64,000 nucleotides of DNA from Alphaproteobacteria bacterium (GTDB lineage: Bacteria; Pseudomonadota; Alphaproteobacteria; UBA828), in the NCBI GenBank assembly GCA_965237415.1, contig CBDEFM010000002.1:608001-672000 (forward strand). Reading direction: 5' to 3'. The notes below the pieces were generated by a model. It saw only the letters and a list, made by a program, of their open reading frames with translations, was not told the DNA's origin and searched no databases. Shown here in pieces: positions 19,839 through 29,542 of the stretch. A program made the position numbers and the translations under genes. The stretch's first letter is position 1. The number at the start of each line of letters is the position of its first letter.

Positions 19839-20128
19839 CGATCCGGTTCCACCCGGAGGCGGAAGCGGAGCATCTGGAGACTGTCGCCTACTATGAGACC
19901 CGTCGATCTGGGCTCGGCAGCCACTATCTGGCGGCGTTCGAGTAGGCCCTGAAAGCCGTGCGCGCCGACACGCACCGGTTCCGGATCGTCCAGGAGCCGG
20001 ACATTCGCCGGGCGCCCTTGGTGCGGTTCCCTCTTTCCATCATCTATCGGGAGACGAGGGGGAGGATCGAGATACTCGCCGTGGCTCATCACAAGCGGAG
20101 GCCGGCCTACTGGATTGCCCGATCCTGA
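19835..20128 (+). pseudogene. RelE/ParE family toxin with in-frame amber stop
   Basis: VTIRFHPEAEAE...YYE...GLG...FE*ALK...RFPLSIIY...ILAVAHHKRRPAYW; TAG at 19943-19945. Confidence 0.85.
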
Positions 20129-20201
20129 TATGGCGTGTCAGGCATCAGCGTCGGTGAACATGATCACAACCGCCTCAAACGCTGTGTAGGGGCCAGCCGC
20201 A

Positions 20202-21071
20202 CTAGAACCGCACGCTCATGTCGAGGGTCTCGAGCCAGGCGTGATAGGCGCGGATCGAGAATTTGGCGTAGGCCGCGACCTGATGCTCGTAGTCGCCGCT
20301 TTCCACCTGGGCGGTCACATGGTCGTATTCCTCGCGGCCCACGGGCACGAAGCGCACCCGGTCGCCCGGCCTGAGCAGGGCAAGGCGATCGCGGAAGGCG
20401 CGCAAGCGCTGCTCCAGGTCGAACACCGGCACCGGCGAATGGCCGATGATCTGGTAGCCGCCCGGTGTGCGGGCCGGATAGAGGCAGGTGACCGAGCCGC
20501 CGTAGCCGAGGGTGCCTTTGGGCGTCCAGGTGCGGGGTGGGTTGTATTTCGGCGCCGTGAGGCGACAGCGTGGGTCGAGCGCGATGAGCGAGGCGAGGCC
20601 CGGATAGAAACCCAGTGCCGCCACCCAGTATTCCGTGCCCGAATGGATGCGCGCCAGCTGTTCACGGCTCTCCAGGCTATTGAGCCGCACCATGAGGTCG
20701 GGGTCGTACTCCTTTTCGACGATGCGGGCGCAGTAGTCCTCCCAGCAGGCGCGGGTGACGTGGTCGAAATAGAGTACGGGGAAGGTGTAGAGCGGGCTCG
20801 GCAGCTCCACGTCCTCGAGCGAGCCGAGAGAGGCGAAGAGGCCGCCGATCTCGCGCACAACGTCGTCGTAGCCGATCCGATCCGGATCGTAGCTGATGAC
20901 GATCGAGGCCATGTTGGGCAAGAGCTCGATGATGCCGTCGAAATCCGCCTCGCGAACCCGCGCGGTCAGCGCGTGGACCAGGAAGTTAAGATCGAAATTG
21001 AGTTCGTCCCCCAACTCCATCTCGATGAAGCGGTCGCCGCCCGGCGTGAATCGCGGCTCGTTGTAGATCAT
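20202..21071 (-). CDS. Carboxyltransferase domain protein (PxpB-like), second copy
   Basis: MIYNEPRF start, YWVAALGFYPG, PKYNPPRTWTP, TPGGYQIIG; paralog of 17529-18398. Confidence 0.85.
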   Translation of the reverse strand: MIYNEPRFTPGGDRFIEMELGDELNFDLNFLVHALTARVREADFDGIIELLPNMASIVISYDPDRIGYDDVVREIGGLFASLGSLEDVELPSPLYTFPVLYFDHVTRACWEDYCARIVEKEYDPDLMVRLNSLESREQLARIHSGTEYWVAALGFYPGLASLIALDPRCRLTAPKYNPPRTWTPKGTLGYGGSVTCLYPARTPGGYQIIGHSPVPVFDLEQRLRAFRDRLALLRPGDRVRFVPVGREEYDHVTAQVESGDYEHQVAAYAKFSIRAYHAWLETLDMSVRF

Positions 21072-21260
21072 CTTGCGCGCCGGCCTCCGCCGCGTGTGCC
21101 CTCCGGCCGAGAAGCCGGTGCGTTGAGTCGGTTCTAGCGCGATCGGCGGTCCAGCGCCAAGCGCCGCGCAGACCATGACCGTGGTGAGAAATGCGGGCTG
21201 GCGGATCGCCGGCTCTGCTATAACGGGCCGGGCACGCCGGAGCGGGCAGGGGAGAGCACC

Positions 21261-23456
21261 ATGCCGACGATGGAACCGTTGATCTCCGAGACTCCTTGGC
21301 ATCGTCTTGCCGCCGACGAGGACGACTGGCGGGACGAGGACCCGCAAGTCCTGGCGTATCTGCTGGAGCAGCTACTCCTCATCCGCCGCTTCGAGGAGCG
21401 CATCCTGGCGCTCTTCAAGGCGGGCTGCGTACACGGGCCGGCGCACGCGAGCATCGGGCAGGAAGGGGGCGCGGTCGGTGCCATGTCGACACTGACGGAC
21501 GCCGACAAGATCAACGCGACCCACCGCGCCCATCACCAGTTTCTCGCCAAGTTTCTGAACCACGTGGCGCCGGCGGACTACGACCCCCGCGCGGACGAAT
21601 GGCCCGAGGCCATGCAGGAAGTCGTGCACCGCTCCATGGCCGAGATCATGGGGCTCTCGCCCGGCTATTGCGGCGGGCGCGGCGGCTCGATGCACATGCG
21701 CTGGGACGAGGCCGGCGTGCTCGGCACCAACGCCATCGTCGGCGGCAATCCGCCGCAGGCGGTGGGCTACGCGCTCGCCGAAAAGCTGAAGCGTAGCGGC
21801 AACCTGACCGTCACCTTCTTCGGCGACGGCGCGATGCAGAACGGCTCGGCCTACGAATCGCTCAACATGGCCGCGCTCTACGACCTGCCGATCGTCTTCT
21901 TCGTCGAGAACAACCTCTACGGCGTCTCCACCCATGTCTCGGAAACCACGCGCGAGACCCGGCTATCGGCGCGGGGGCAGGGGCTCGCGGTGCCCTCGGT
22001 CGAGGTCGACGGCATGGACGTGATGGCCGTGCGCAAGGCGATGCAGTGGGCGCGCGGCCAGATCGAGGCCGAGAAGGGGCCGGCGCTGGTCGAATCGCTC
22101 ACCTACCGCTACTTCCACCAGCATGGGCCGATGCGGGGCAGCGCCTTCGGCTACCGCGACAAGGACGAGGAGGAGGCCTGGCACGCCCGCGACCCGGCGA
22201 CGACCATGCCGAAGCGCCTGATCGACCTCGGCATCTTGGACGAGGCCGGGGTCGCGGCGCTGGAAGGGCGGGCGCACGCGGCCGTGGAGAGCGCCGCCCA
22301 GGCGCTGACCGAGACAGAGCCGGGCTCCAATCGGCTCCGCGTCGTGCCGGCGCTCTGGCCCGATACGGCGGAGATCGAAATCGGCATCCGCGGCGACCTC
22401 TCTGAGCTGGATGGCATTCGTGCCATGGAGCCGGACGACGTCGATCCCGCCTCGGCGCGCGAGATGACCTACATCGAATCGATCGCCGCCGCCCAGTTCC
22501 ACGCGATGGAGCGGGACGAGACCGTGATCGTGCTTGGCGAGGACGTGCACCGGCTCAAGGGCGGCACGGTGGGCGCCACCAAGGGGATCGGCGAGGCGTA
22601 CCCTGAGCGCCTGATCGGAACGCCGATCGCGGAAAACGGTTTTTGCGGCATGGGGCTGGGTGCTGCGGTCAACGGGCTGCGGCCCATCGTCGAGATCATG
22701 TACGCGGACTTCTGCCTGGTGGCGGCGGACCAGCTCTTCAACCAGGCCGCCAAGGTGCGCCACATGTTCGGCGGCGGCCACGATGCGCCGCTGATCCTGC
22801 GTGCCCGCGTGGCGGCGGGCGGGGGCTACGGCTCGCAGCATTCGATGGACCCGTCGGGCGTCTTCGCGCTCTGGCCGGGCTGGCGCATCGTCGCGCCGAC
22901 CACGCCCTTCGACTACGTGGGGCTCTTCAACAGCGCCGTCCGCTGCAACGACCCGGTGGCGATCATCGAGTGCCAGGCGCTCTATCAGGGCTCAGGCCTG
23001 GTGCCCGACGACCTCGACTACTGCATTCCTTTCGGCAAGGCGCGAATCGTCCGCCCCGGCAGCGCGTGCACGGTGGTGACCTGCGCCAACATGGTGCCCG
23101 TGAGCGTCGCCGCGGCCGAGGAAGCCGGTATCGATGCCGAGGTGATCGACCTGCGCACCCTCGACCCGCTCGGCATGGACTGGGAGACCATCGGGGCAAG
23201 CGTCAGGCGCACCAACCGCCTGCTGATCGTGGAACAGACCGCGCGCGGCCCCTCGCTCGGCGCCCGCATCGCCCAGGAGGCGCAGGAGCGGCTCTTCGAC
23301 TGGCTCGACCACGAGATCCTGCGGGTTTCGGGTTCGCAGGCCGCACCGGTGGTCTCCAAGGTGCTGGAATCCGCGGCCCTCGCCCAGCAGGAGGACGTGA
23401 TCGCGGGCTTGCGCGCCGTCACCGCGGCGGCGGCGCTACCGGAAGCGGCGGAGTAG
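21261..23456 (+). CDS. TPP-dependent 2-oxoacid/acetoin dehydrogenase E1 alpha-beta fusion
   Basis: GQEG, THRAH, GRGGSMH, GDGA...NN, GEDV, TPIAENG, QHS, DLRTLDP. Confidence 0.9.
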   Translation: MPTMEPLISETPWHRLAADEDDWRDEDPQVLAYLLEQLLLIRRFEERILALFKAGCVHGPAHASIGQEGGAVGAMSTLTDADKINATHRAHHQFLAKFLNHVAPADYDPRADEWPEAMQEVVHRSMAEIMGLSPGYCGGRGGSMHMRWDEAGVLGTNAIVGGNPPQAVGYALAEKLKRSGNLTVTFFGDGAMQNGSAYESLNMAALYDLPIVFFVENNLYGVSTHVSETTRETRLSARGQGLAVPSVEVDGMDVMAVRKAMQWARGQIEAEKGPALVESLTYRYFHQHGPMRGSAFGYRDKDEEEAWHARDPATTMPKRLIDLGILDEAGVAALEGRAHAAVESAAQALTETEPGSNRLRVVPALWPDTAEIEIGIRGDLSELDGIRAMEPDDVDPASAREMTYIESIAAAQFHAMERDETVIVLGEDVHRLKGGTVGATKGIGEAYPERLIGTPIAENGFCGMGLGAAVNGLRPIVEIMYADFCLVAADQLFNQAAKVRHMFGGGHDAPLILRARVAAGGGYGSQHSMDPSGVFALWPGWRIVAPTTPFDYVGLFNSAVRCNDPVAIIECQALYQGSGLVPDDLDYCIPFGKARIVRPGSACTVVTCANMVPVSVAAAEEAGIDAEVIDLRTLDPLGMDWETIGASVRRTNRLLIVEQTARGPSLGARIAQEAQERLFDWLDHEILRVSGSQAAPVVSKVLESAALAQQEDVIAGLRAVTAAAALPEAAE

Positions 23457-23486
23457 TCTGAGCAGGGAGCGAACGGGAGCTATCGT

Positions 23487-23554
23487 CCCCACCTTGTATC
23501 TCGTCTGATCGCCGTCGGCGTTGTTCTGACGGTGGTGGAAGCGGACGGGAGACC
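23487..23554 (+). repeat. 68-bp structured repeat, copy 1
   Basis: 59/68 identical to the reverse complement of 31036-31103. Confidence 0.9.
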
Positions 23555-23725
23555 GAACCATGTCCGGTGCGCCGACATCACTTCTTATATGCCGGTGCAT
23601 CGCGGCTTCCTTTACCTGATAGCGATCATGGACTGGGCGAGCCGGTGCGTCCTGGCCTGGCGGCCTGAACGACAACCGGAATACACTACAGCCGCCGAGC
23701 TGCCCCAAAGGGCGAGGCTACTTCA
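23551..23725 (+). mobile_element. IS3-family transposase remnant (integrase core fragment, possibly with a degenerate right end)
   Basis: RPNHVRCADITSYMPVHRGFLYLIAIMDWASRCVLAWR matches the IS3 OrfB rve core; the following tract ends in ...CTTCA. Confidence 0.75.
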
Positions 23726-23761
23726 GCTACGACCGGGCGATCTACTTCGACACCTTCCCCG

Positions 23762-24196
23762 ATGCCGATACACACCGCCGAAGACGCGCGCGAGGCAGCG
23801 GAACGGTTAGGCGCCGGCATCGCCGGGGAGTTGATCGTTACGCTCGGGAGCGACGGCCTCGTCCACCGCGACCGGCGGGGGAGGGTGCGACACCATGCAG
23901 TCCGCCCGGCGCCGCTCATCTCCGCGCACGGCGCCGGCGACGTGTTCGTGGGCGCGCTTTGTGCCCGCATGGCCGCGCTCGCTGCGATGGAAGATGCTAT
24001 TGCCTACGGCCAGGCCGCAGCCGCCCGGTTCGTATCGACCCCTCTCGAGGACCGGGGGATTCTGCGCGCTAGCGAGGGATCGAAAGCCCGCGTCGAACAA
24101 CAATCCTCGGTGCTCCTGATCGAGTCTGGCGCCGATCATGAGCGACAGCGCGCCTCCCGCCTACGACACCCGCCCGCAGCAAGCCGGATGCGCTGA
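23762..24196 (+). pseudogene. C-terminal fragment of a PfkB-family sugar kinase
   Basis: IVTLGSDG and HGAGDVFVGAL motifs; N-terminal part missing next to the IS3 remnant. Confidence 0.75.
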
Positions 24197-24228
24197 TGAT
24201 GGTCGGCGCTCCCATGTGCAGCCGGCAG

Positions 24229-25521
24229 TCAGCCGGTCGAGCGCGGCCCGGATTGACGGGCGAACCGGACGGTCTTCTCGGCCCAGGGAAGATCGACCCG
24301 GGCCTCGGCAGGCGCCATCGTCGAGATCACTCGGCCGCGGCGGACGACGGAGAGGCGGGGCGGGCGCAGGCGGATCGCCTCCACGGGGTTCTCGGCGTCG
24401 AGCACCACCATGTCCGCGTTGCAGCCGACCGCGATACCGTAGCCCTCAAGGCCCATGATACGCGCGGGGTTCTCGGTGACGGCGCGGAAGCAGGCCTCCA
24501 TCTCGTCATAGCCCGACAGATGCCCGACATGGACCGCCATGTGCGCGACGTCGAGCACGTCCCCACAGTTGAGCGGCCCGACCACGTCCATCACTGAATC
24601 CTGGGCCAGCGCGACGTTGATGCCGGCGGCCATCAGCTCCTTCACGCGGGTCATGCCGCGGCGCTTCGGGTAGGTGTCGTGGCGTCCCATCAGAAGCATG
24701 TTCGCGGTCGGGTTCGCGACAACCTGGAGATCGGCCTCGGCCATCAGCGGGATCAGCTTGGTGACGTAGTAGTTGTCCATCGAGTGCATGGAGCAGAGAT
24801 GCGATCCGGTTGTGCGCCCGTGGAGCCCGAGTCGCACCGTCTCCGCAACCAGCGTCTCGACATGGCGCGATGTCGGATCGTCGGTCTCGTCGCAATGGAG
24901 ATCCACCATAAGGCCGCGCGCCGCCGCGATCTCGCAGAGCGCGCGCACCGATTGCGCGCCTTCGGCTGCCGTCTGCTCGAAGTGGGGGATGCCGCCAACC
25001 ACCTCGACGCCCATGTCGAGGGCGCGTGCCAGGTTCTCCACATAGCCGGGCCGGCGCAGATAACCGTCTTGCGGGAAGGCGACAAGCTGGATGTCGAGGC
25101 TCTCCTTCACCGTCTCCTTGACGTGAAGGAGCGCTTCCACGCCGACCAGCGCGGGGTCGGTGATGTCGACATGGGAGCGGATCGCGAGCAAGCCTTGCGC
25201 GACCGCCCAAGAGCAGTATTCGAGTGCCCGCTCGACGTTCCACTCGAAGGTCAGCTCCGGCCTCAGCTCACCCCAAAGGGCGATCCCCTCGAGCAGCGTT
25301 CCGCTCTGGTTGTAACGCGGATAGCCATAGGTGAGCGTGGTGTCCATGTGGAAATGAGCGTCGACGAAGGGCGGCGTGACCAGCTTTCCGGTCGCGTCGA
25401 TTTCTGTCGTGGCCGTAGCATCCAGCTTCGGCTCGACCGCCGCGATCATGCCGTCGCGCACCCCTATGTCGATGCCTGTGCGGCCGTCAGGCAGCGTCGC
25501 GCCGCGCACAATCAAATCCAT
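24229..25521 (-). CDS. Amidohydrolase, cytosine deaminase-like
   Basis: PPFVDAHFHMD, NQSGTLLEGI, IRSHVD, VAFPQDG, GGIPHFE, HCDETDD, DTYPKRRG. Confidence 0.88.
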   Translation of the reverse strand: MDLIVRGATLPDGRTGIDIGVRDGMIAAVEPKLDATATTEIDATGKLVTPPFVDAHFHMDTTLTYGYPRYNQSGTLLEGIALWGELRPELTFEWNVERALEYCSWAVAQGLLAIRSHVDITDPALVGVEALLHVKETVKESLDIQLVAFPQDGYLRRPGYVENLARALDMGVEVVGGIPHFEQTAAEGAQSVRALCEIAAARGLMVDLHCDETDDPTSRHVETLVAETVRLGLHGRTTGSHLCSMHSMDNYYVTKLIPLMAEADLQVVANPTANMLLMGRHDTYPKRRGMTRVKELMAAGINVALAQDSVMDVVGPLNCGDVLDVAHMAVHVGHLSGYDEMEACFRAVTENPARIMGLEGYGIAVGCNADMVVLDAENPVEAIRLRPPRLSVVRRGRVISTMAPAEARVDLPWAEKTVRFARQSGPRSTG

Positions 25522-25913
25522 CGCTCTCCCTCTCGATTTGGTTGGCTGCGCGCCTGGATCGCCGCGCCCAAGCTGGATGGCCCTTCACGATTCCGGTGTC
25601 CGAGATCGTCGCGAAACCCGGTACCTCGTATAACGCAATCGAGCGCTGTTCGTCGCGAATTCGGATGCGCGTCTTGGGTGATCGACACAACAGCACTGCC
25701 GGAACGCGAGCGAGATGTTCTGCCGGCATTAGATCCTCGACAGGAAATGCTTGGTCTACAGTGACGTAGAGAAGCGGTCGCTAAGGGCCCGCACCGTTTC
25801 GAGCGAGGCACGACGCCCCACCGTCAGAACGACGCCGACGCGCTGGCCCATAATCGCGCCGCCGTTGACATCGGGGTTTCCGAACGGCCCATATGCAGCG
25901 GGAGGAGAATGCG

Positions 25914-26297
25914 GTGTCGTTCGAGCTGTTCGTCAACGGAACGCTGATGCGGGGCCTCGAGCTCCACGGGAATCTCGAGGGGGCGGAGTTCCTGGGGGAG
26001 GCCCAGACGGCGCCGACCTATCGTGTTTATTCCATCGACGACCGCCATCCAGGCATGTTCGAGGTGGGCGCGGGCGGCGTATCGGTGAAGGGAGAGCTGT
26101 ACCTGGTGGACGACGCGCTGTGGGCGCGCATCGAGGCTGGCGAGCCGCCTCACCTCTATCGCGGGGAGGCGACGCTATCGGACGGCAGGCGCGTGCAGGC
26201 CGTCCTTTACCCACGCGAGCTGGCCGAAGGCCGGCACCGCGACATTTCCGAGTACGGCGGCTGGCGTGCCTATTTGGAGCAACGAAGCGGCGGCTGA
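25914..26297 (+). CDS. Gamma-glutamylcyclotransferase-like protein (allophanate hydrolase C-terminal-like)
   Basis: LFVNGTLMRGL, GELY, GEP, DISEYGGWRAY; GGAGG RBS. Confidence 0.82.
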   Translation: MSFELFVNGTLMRGLELHGNLEGAEFLGEAQTAPTYRVYSIDDRHPGMFEVGAGGVSVKGELYLVDDALWARIEAGEPPHLYRGEATLSDGRRVQAVLYPRELAEGRHRDISEYGGWRAYLEQRSGG

Positions 26298-26304
26298 GCG
26301 TCGC

Positions 26305-26824
26305 CTATTGAATGAGTTCCGGGATTTGGGTCGGACGCGGCGTGCGCGCGACGGCGGGGCGTTCGCAGGGCAGGAACTCTCCGTGCCCGGCGTCTGCGCA
26401 GAGCGCGCCATCGCGCCACACCGGCCGCCCGCGCGACAATGTGACGGCAGGCCATGCCCCAAGCGTCATCCCTTCGTAGGGGGTGTAGTCGCAGTCGTGG
26501 TGCAGCCGGTCATTGGTGACGGTCATGGTCCTGGAAGGCGAAGGGGATGATGGTCGTCGTACCACCGCAGGCGGCCGACCGTGAGCCGGTATAGAAGTTG
26601 TCGGCGATCTCGGCCCCGTCGGGCAGGCGCTGCTCCAGGTGGATGTGACCGTCGATGCCGCCGGGGGTGATCGTCCGGCCCGCGGCGTCGATCTCCTCGC
26701 GCCCCCGGTCGAGGGATGAGGCGATGGCCTCGATCCTCCCGGACAAGATGCCGATGTCGCCGGTGAAGACGTCCGCCGGCGTCGCGATTGTCCCGTTGCG
26801 GATCACCAGATCGAATTCGGTCAC
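26305..26824 (-). pseudogene. hydA: Dihydropyrimidinase with large internal deletion
   Basis: N-terminal FDLVIRNG...PGGIDGHIH...AACGGTTT joins out of frame near 26530 to C-terminal LHHDCDYTPYEG...TLSRG...GHGEFL. Confidence 0.85.
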
Positions 26825-26882
26825 GATACCTTCACCTCGCTTCGTTGCCGCCGCTTGTGGTTCCGCGCGCGGGGCGATTGCG

Positions 26883-27755
26883 TCAACCGTGGGCGACCAC
26901 GCGACCCGCCTGCGGTGTCCACTGCAGCAGCCATCTCGATAGCCGATCGAAGATGGCATAGCTGATCGAGGCATAGAACACGAAGATCAGCGCCACTACG
27001 AACATCCTGTCCAGATAGGCGAACTGTTCGGAGTAGATGATGATGTAGCCAAGCCCCGATTGTGCGCCCAGGTACTCTGCACCGAGCACCGCGGCCCACC
27101 CGATGCCGAGGCTAAGCAGGATGGTTCCCCGCAACTCGGGAAATATCGCCGGCAGAACGACGGTGCGGTAGATCTGCAGGCGCGAGGCGCCCAGCGTCCG
27201 GGCATTGTCGATGTAAATCTGCGGGACGTTCTTCACCGCATTGACCACGCCAGCGAAGAAGATGACGCCGACACCGTAGCCGACGAAGGCGATCTTGCCG
27301 ACGAAGTCGATGCCGAACCAGAGCTGAAACATCGGCACCATGGCAAGCAACGGCAAAGTGCGCAAAAACTGAATCGGCAGATCGACGATCCGGCGGGTCC
27401 ACGGCGACCAGGACACCGCGATTCCAAGAAGAGAGCCGAAAACGGCGCCGATGAAGAGCCCGGTGTAGAGCCGCACGATGGTGTCGACCGAGTGGTCCAG
27501 GATGGACAGAACGGCGGCGAGATAGCTCTGCGGCGCACCGGCGGCGACCGAAGGGACGCCCAGCCCGCCCTGCCAGTAGTCCGAGAGTGACAGCAGGGTG
27601 CGACTGAACACGATGTGCCACCCCGGCAGCATCGGCTCCCCCGGAACCGCCTCGGCGGTGAAGATCATCGACAGGATTTGCCAGAGTCCGGCCATCGCGA
27701 GCAGGACCAGGATCGAGACGCGACGGCGGCGGAATTGCGCGATCAGCCACTTCAT
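26883..27755 (-). CDS. ABC transporter permease (nitrate/sulfonate/taurine type)
   Basis: ARTLGAS, VVLPAIFP, AEYLGAQSGLG. Confidence 0.88.
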   Translation of the reverse strand: MKWLIAQFRRRRVSILVLLAMAGLWQILSMIFTAEAVPGEPMLPGWHIVFSRTLLSLSDYWQGGLGVPSVAAGAPQSYLAAVLSILDHSVDTIVRLYTGLFIGAVFGSLLGIAVSWSPWTRRIVDLPIQFLRTLPLLAMVPMFQLWFGIDFVGKIAFVGYGVGVIFFAGVVNAVKNVPQIYIDNARTLGASRLQIYRTVVLPAIFPELRGTILLSLGIGWAAVLGAEYLGAQSGLGYIIIYSEQFAYLDRMFVVALIFVFYASISYAIFDRLSRWLLQWTPQAGRVVAHG

Positions 27756-27759
27756 GGGA

Positions 27760-28584
27760 TCAGCCCGCACTCGCCGGCGCATCGGTGGCGCTCTTCACGT
27801 TTTCCAGCCCGAGGTGCGCGAGCAGGACATGCTTGTGCTGCACCATGGTGGGCTCCATGAGCCCGTCGGTCGTCCGCGGCCGCGGTGCTGTGACGGCGAG
27901 GTCGTCGACAAATCGGCCGCTGTGCATAACCAGAATCCGGTCCGCAAGGATCAGCGCCTCGTCCACGTCGTGGGTCACGAAGACGACGGTGCGCCGTTCG
28001 TTCGAGCCCGCCTCGGTCCATAACGCGAGCAGGACATCGTGCAGGTTGCGCTTGGTCACGTAGTCGACGGCGCCGAAGGGCTCGTCGAGAAGCAGGACGT
28101 TCGCGCCGTTGGCGAATACCGTGGCCACGGCGACACGCTTCAGCATGCCTCCCGACAGCTCGCGCGGCCAGGCCTTCGCCACGTGCGAGAGACCAACGCG
28201 CTCCAGGTAGAACTCGGCGCTCCTGCGACGCTCGGCCCGAGCGATTCCCCGGCACTTCAGTCCGTATTCGACGTTGTCGATCACGCGCATCCAGGGGAAG
28301 ACGCTGTCCTGCTGGAACACCATGCCGCGCTCCGGGCCGGGCCGGGTGACGCTCTCCCCTTCGACCTCGAGTATGCCGGCCGACGGAAGCATGAGCCCGG
28401 CGATGAGCTTGAGCAGTGTCGACTTTCCGCAGCCGGACGGCCCGACCAGACAAGCGAACTGGCCTCGGTCGATCTGGAACGACACGTCGTCGACCGCCGT
28501 CACCGTCTGCCGGTCTGCGCGCCGGAAGGTCCTGGACAGGTTGCTGGCCACGATGACGTCCCGGCCCTCTGCCGCCCTTGCCAA
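27760..28584 (-). CDS. ABC transporter ATP-binding protein (TauB/SsuB type)
   Basis: GPSGCGKST, VFQQDSVFPW, LSGGM, LLDEPFGA, VTHD; start uncertain. Confidence 0.9.
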   Translation of the reverse strand: MARAAEGRDVIVASNLSRTFRRADRQTVTAVDDVSFQIDRGQFACLVGPSGCGKSTLLKLIAGLMLPSAGILEVEGESVTRPGPERGMVFQQDSVFPWMRVIDNVEYGLKCRGIARAERRRSAEFYLERVGLSHVAKAWPRELSGGMLKRVAVATVFANGANVLLLDEPFGAVDYVTKRNLHDVLLALWTEAGSNERRTVVFVTHDVDEALILADRILVMHSGRFVDDLAVTAPRPRTTDGLMEPTMVQHKHVLLAHLGLENVKSATDAPASAG

Positions 28585-28588
28585 TGGA

Positions 28589-29386
28589 TCACCCTCCCCC
28601 GGTTCGGGCCTCGACGCTCCATGCCGAGACGTAGGAGAAGAATCGGGCAGTGAACGCATCGAAGACAACCGCCAGTGCACCGAGCACGAGAAGAGCGGCG
28701 AAGATGCCTTCCATATCCGTCGAGCCGGCGAGGACCTGAACGATCTTGCCGATGCCCTGCTGCGCGCCGAGCAGCTCGGCGATGGCCTCCAATCCCCAGG
28801 CCCCGGCAAGCGCGATCCGGATGCCGCCGAGAATCTGTGGCACGGTGCCCTTGATCAGGACATCCCAGACAACGCGCCGACGGCTCGCGCCGAGCGTGTA
28901 GGCGGCGTCCTCGTAGACGGGATCGAGCGTGCTGGCGGCGCGCTGGGCGTAGATATAGAGGATGACTGCCACGTAGATGGCCACCAGCAGCACCGCGCTG
29001 GTCCGGCCGGTGCCGAACCAGATCAGGAAGAACGGCGCCAGGACGAGGATCGGGATGGTGCCCAAGACCATGAGCACCGGATCGATGACCGAGCGGACGA
29101 GATCGAAGCGCGCCGTCACCAGCCCGCAGACGGTCCCGACACTGGCCCCGAGGGCGACCGCGATCAGGACGTTCCCGGTCGTGTAGAGCATGCTGTCGAG
29201 GAGGCCCGTCTTGGGCAGTCCGTAGAACAGCAGATAGTCCGCGATGATGAAGTCCTCGGCGATGCGCTCGGCCACATGCAGCGGATGCGGCAGCGAGATG
29301 AGCGGGATGGCCAGCGTCAGCAACTGCCAGACGGCCACCAAGAGCACGAGGCCGATCAGGCCGAGAGCGTCAAACCGCTTCGCCAT
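28589..29386 (-). CDS. ABC transporter permease
   Basis: IWFGTG, AAYTLGAS, AELLGAQQGIG. Confidence 0.88.
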   Translation of the reverse strand: MAKRFDALGLIGLVLLVAVWQLLTLAIPLISLPHPLHVAERIAEDFIIADYLLFYGLPKTGLLDSMLYTTGNVLIAVALGASVGTVCGLVTARFDLVRSVIDPVLMVLGTIPILVLAPFFLIWFGTGRTSAVLLVAIYVAVILYIYAQRAASTLDPVYEDAAYTLGASRRRVVWDVLIKGTVPQILGGIRIALAGAWGLEAIAELLGAQQGIGKIVQVLAGSTDMEGIFAALLVLGALAVVFDAFTARFFSYVSAWSVEARTGGG

Positions 29387-29542
29387 TACCGAGAAACTGT
29401 CGGCTGCACTGTGGCTATCCAGGCCGTGACGCCGCCCGCCTGGTGGCGGGCGGCGTTGCCGGTGTCGTGCCCGATGCCGCGCGCCGGCCGGGCGTATCAG
29501 CCTCCCCGGGCCCTTCGTCAGGCGAGGGCCAAACGCCCGGGC

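Noticed and set aside
19943-19945. Programmed amber readthrough (pyrrolysine) in the toxin gene
   Set aside because: No pyl genes or supporting context in the window; a nonsense mutation is simpler
25624-25680. Purine-riboswitch-like CTCGTATAA near the deaminase gene
   Set aside because: Wrong strand for that gene, and the downstream conserved core (TTTCTACC, CCGTAAA) is absent
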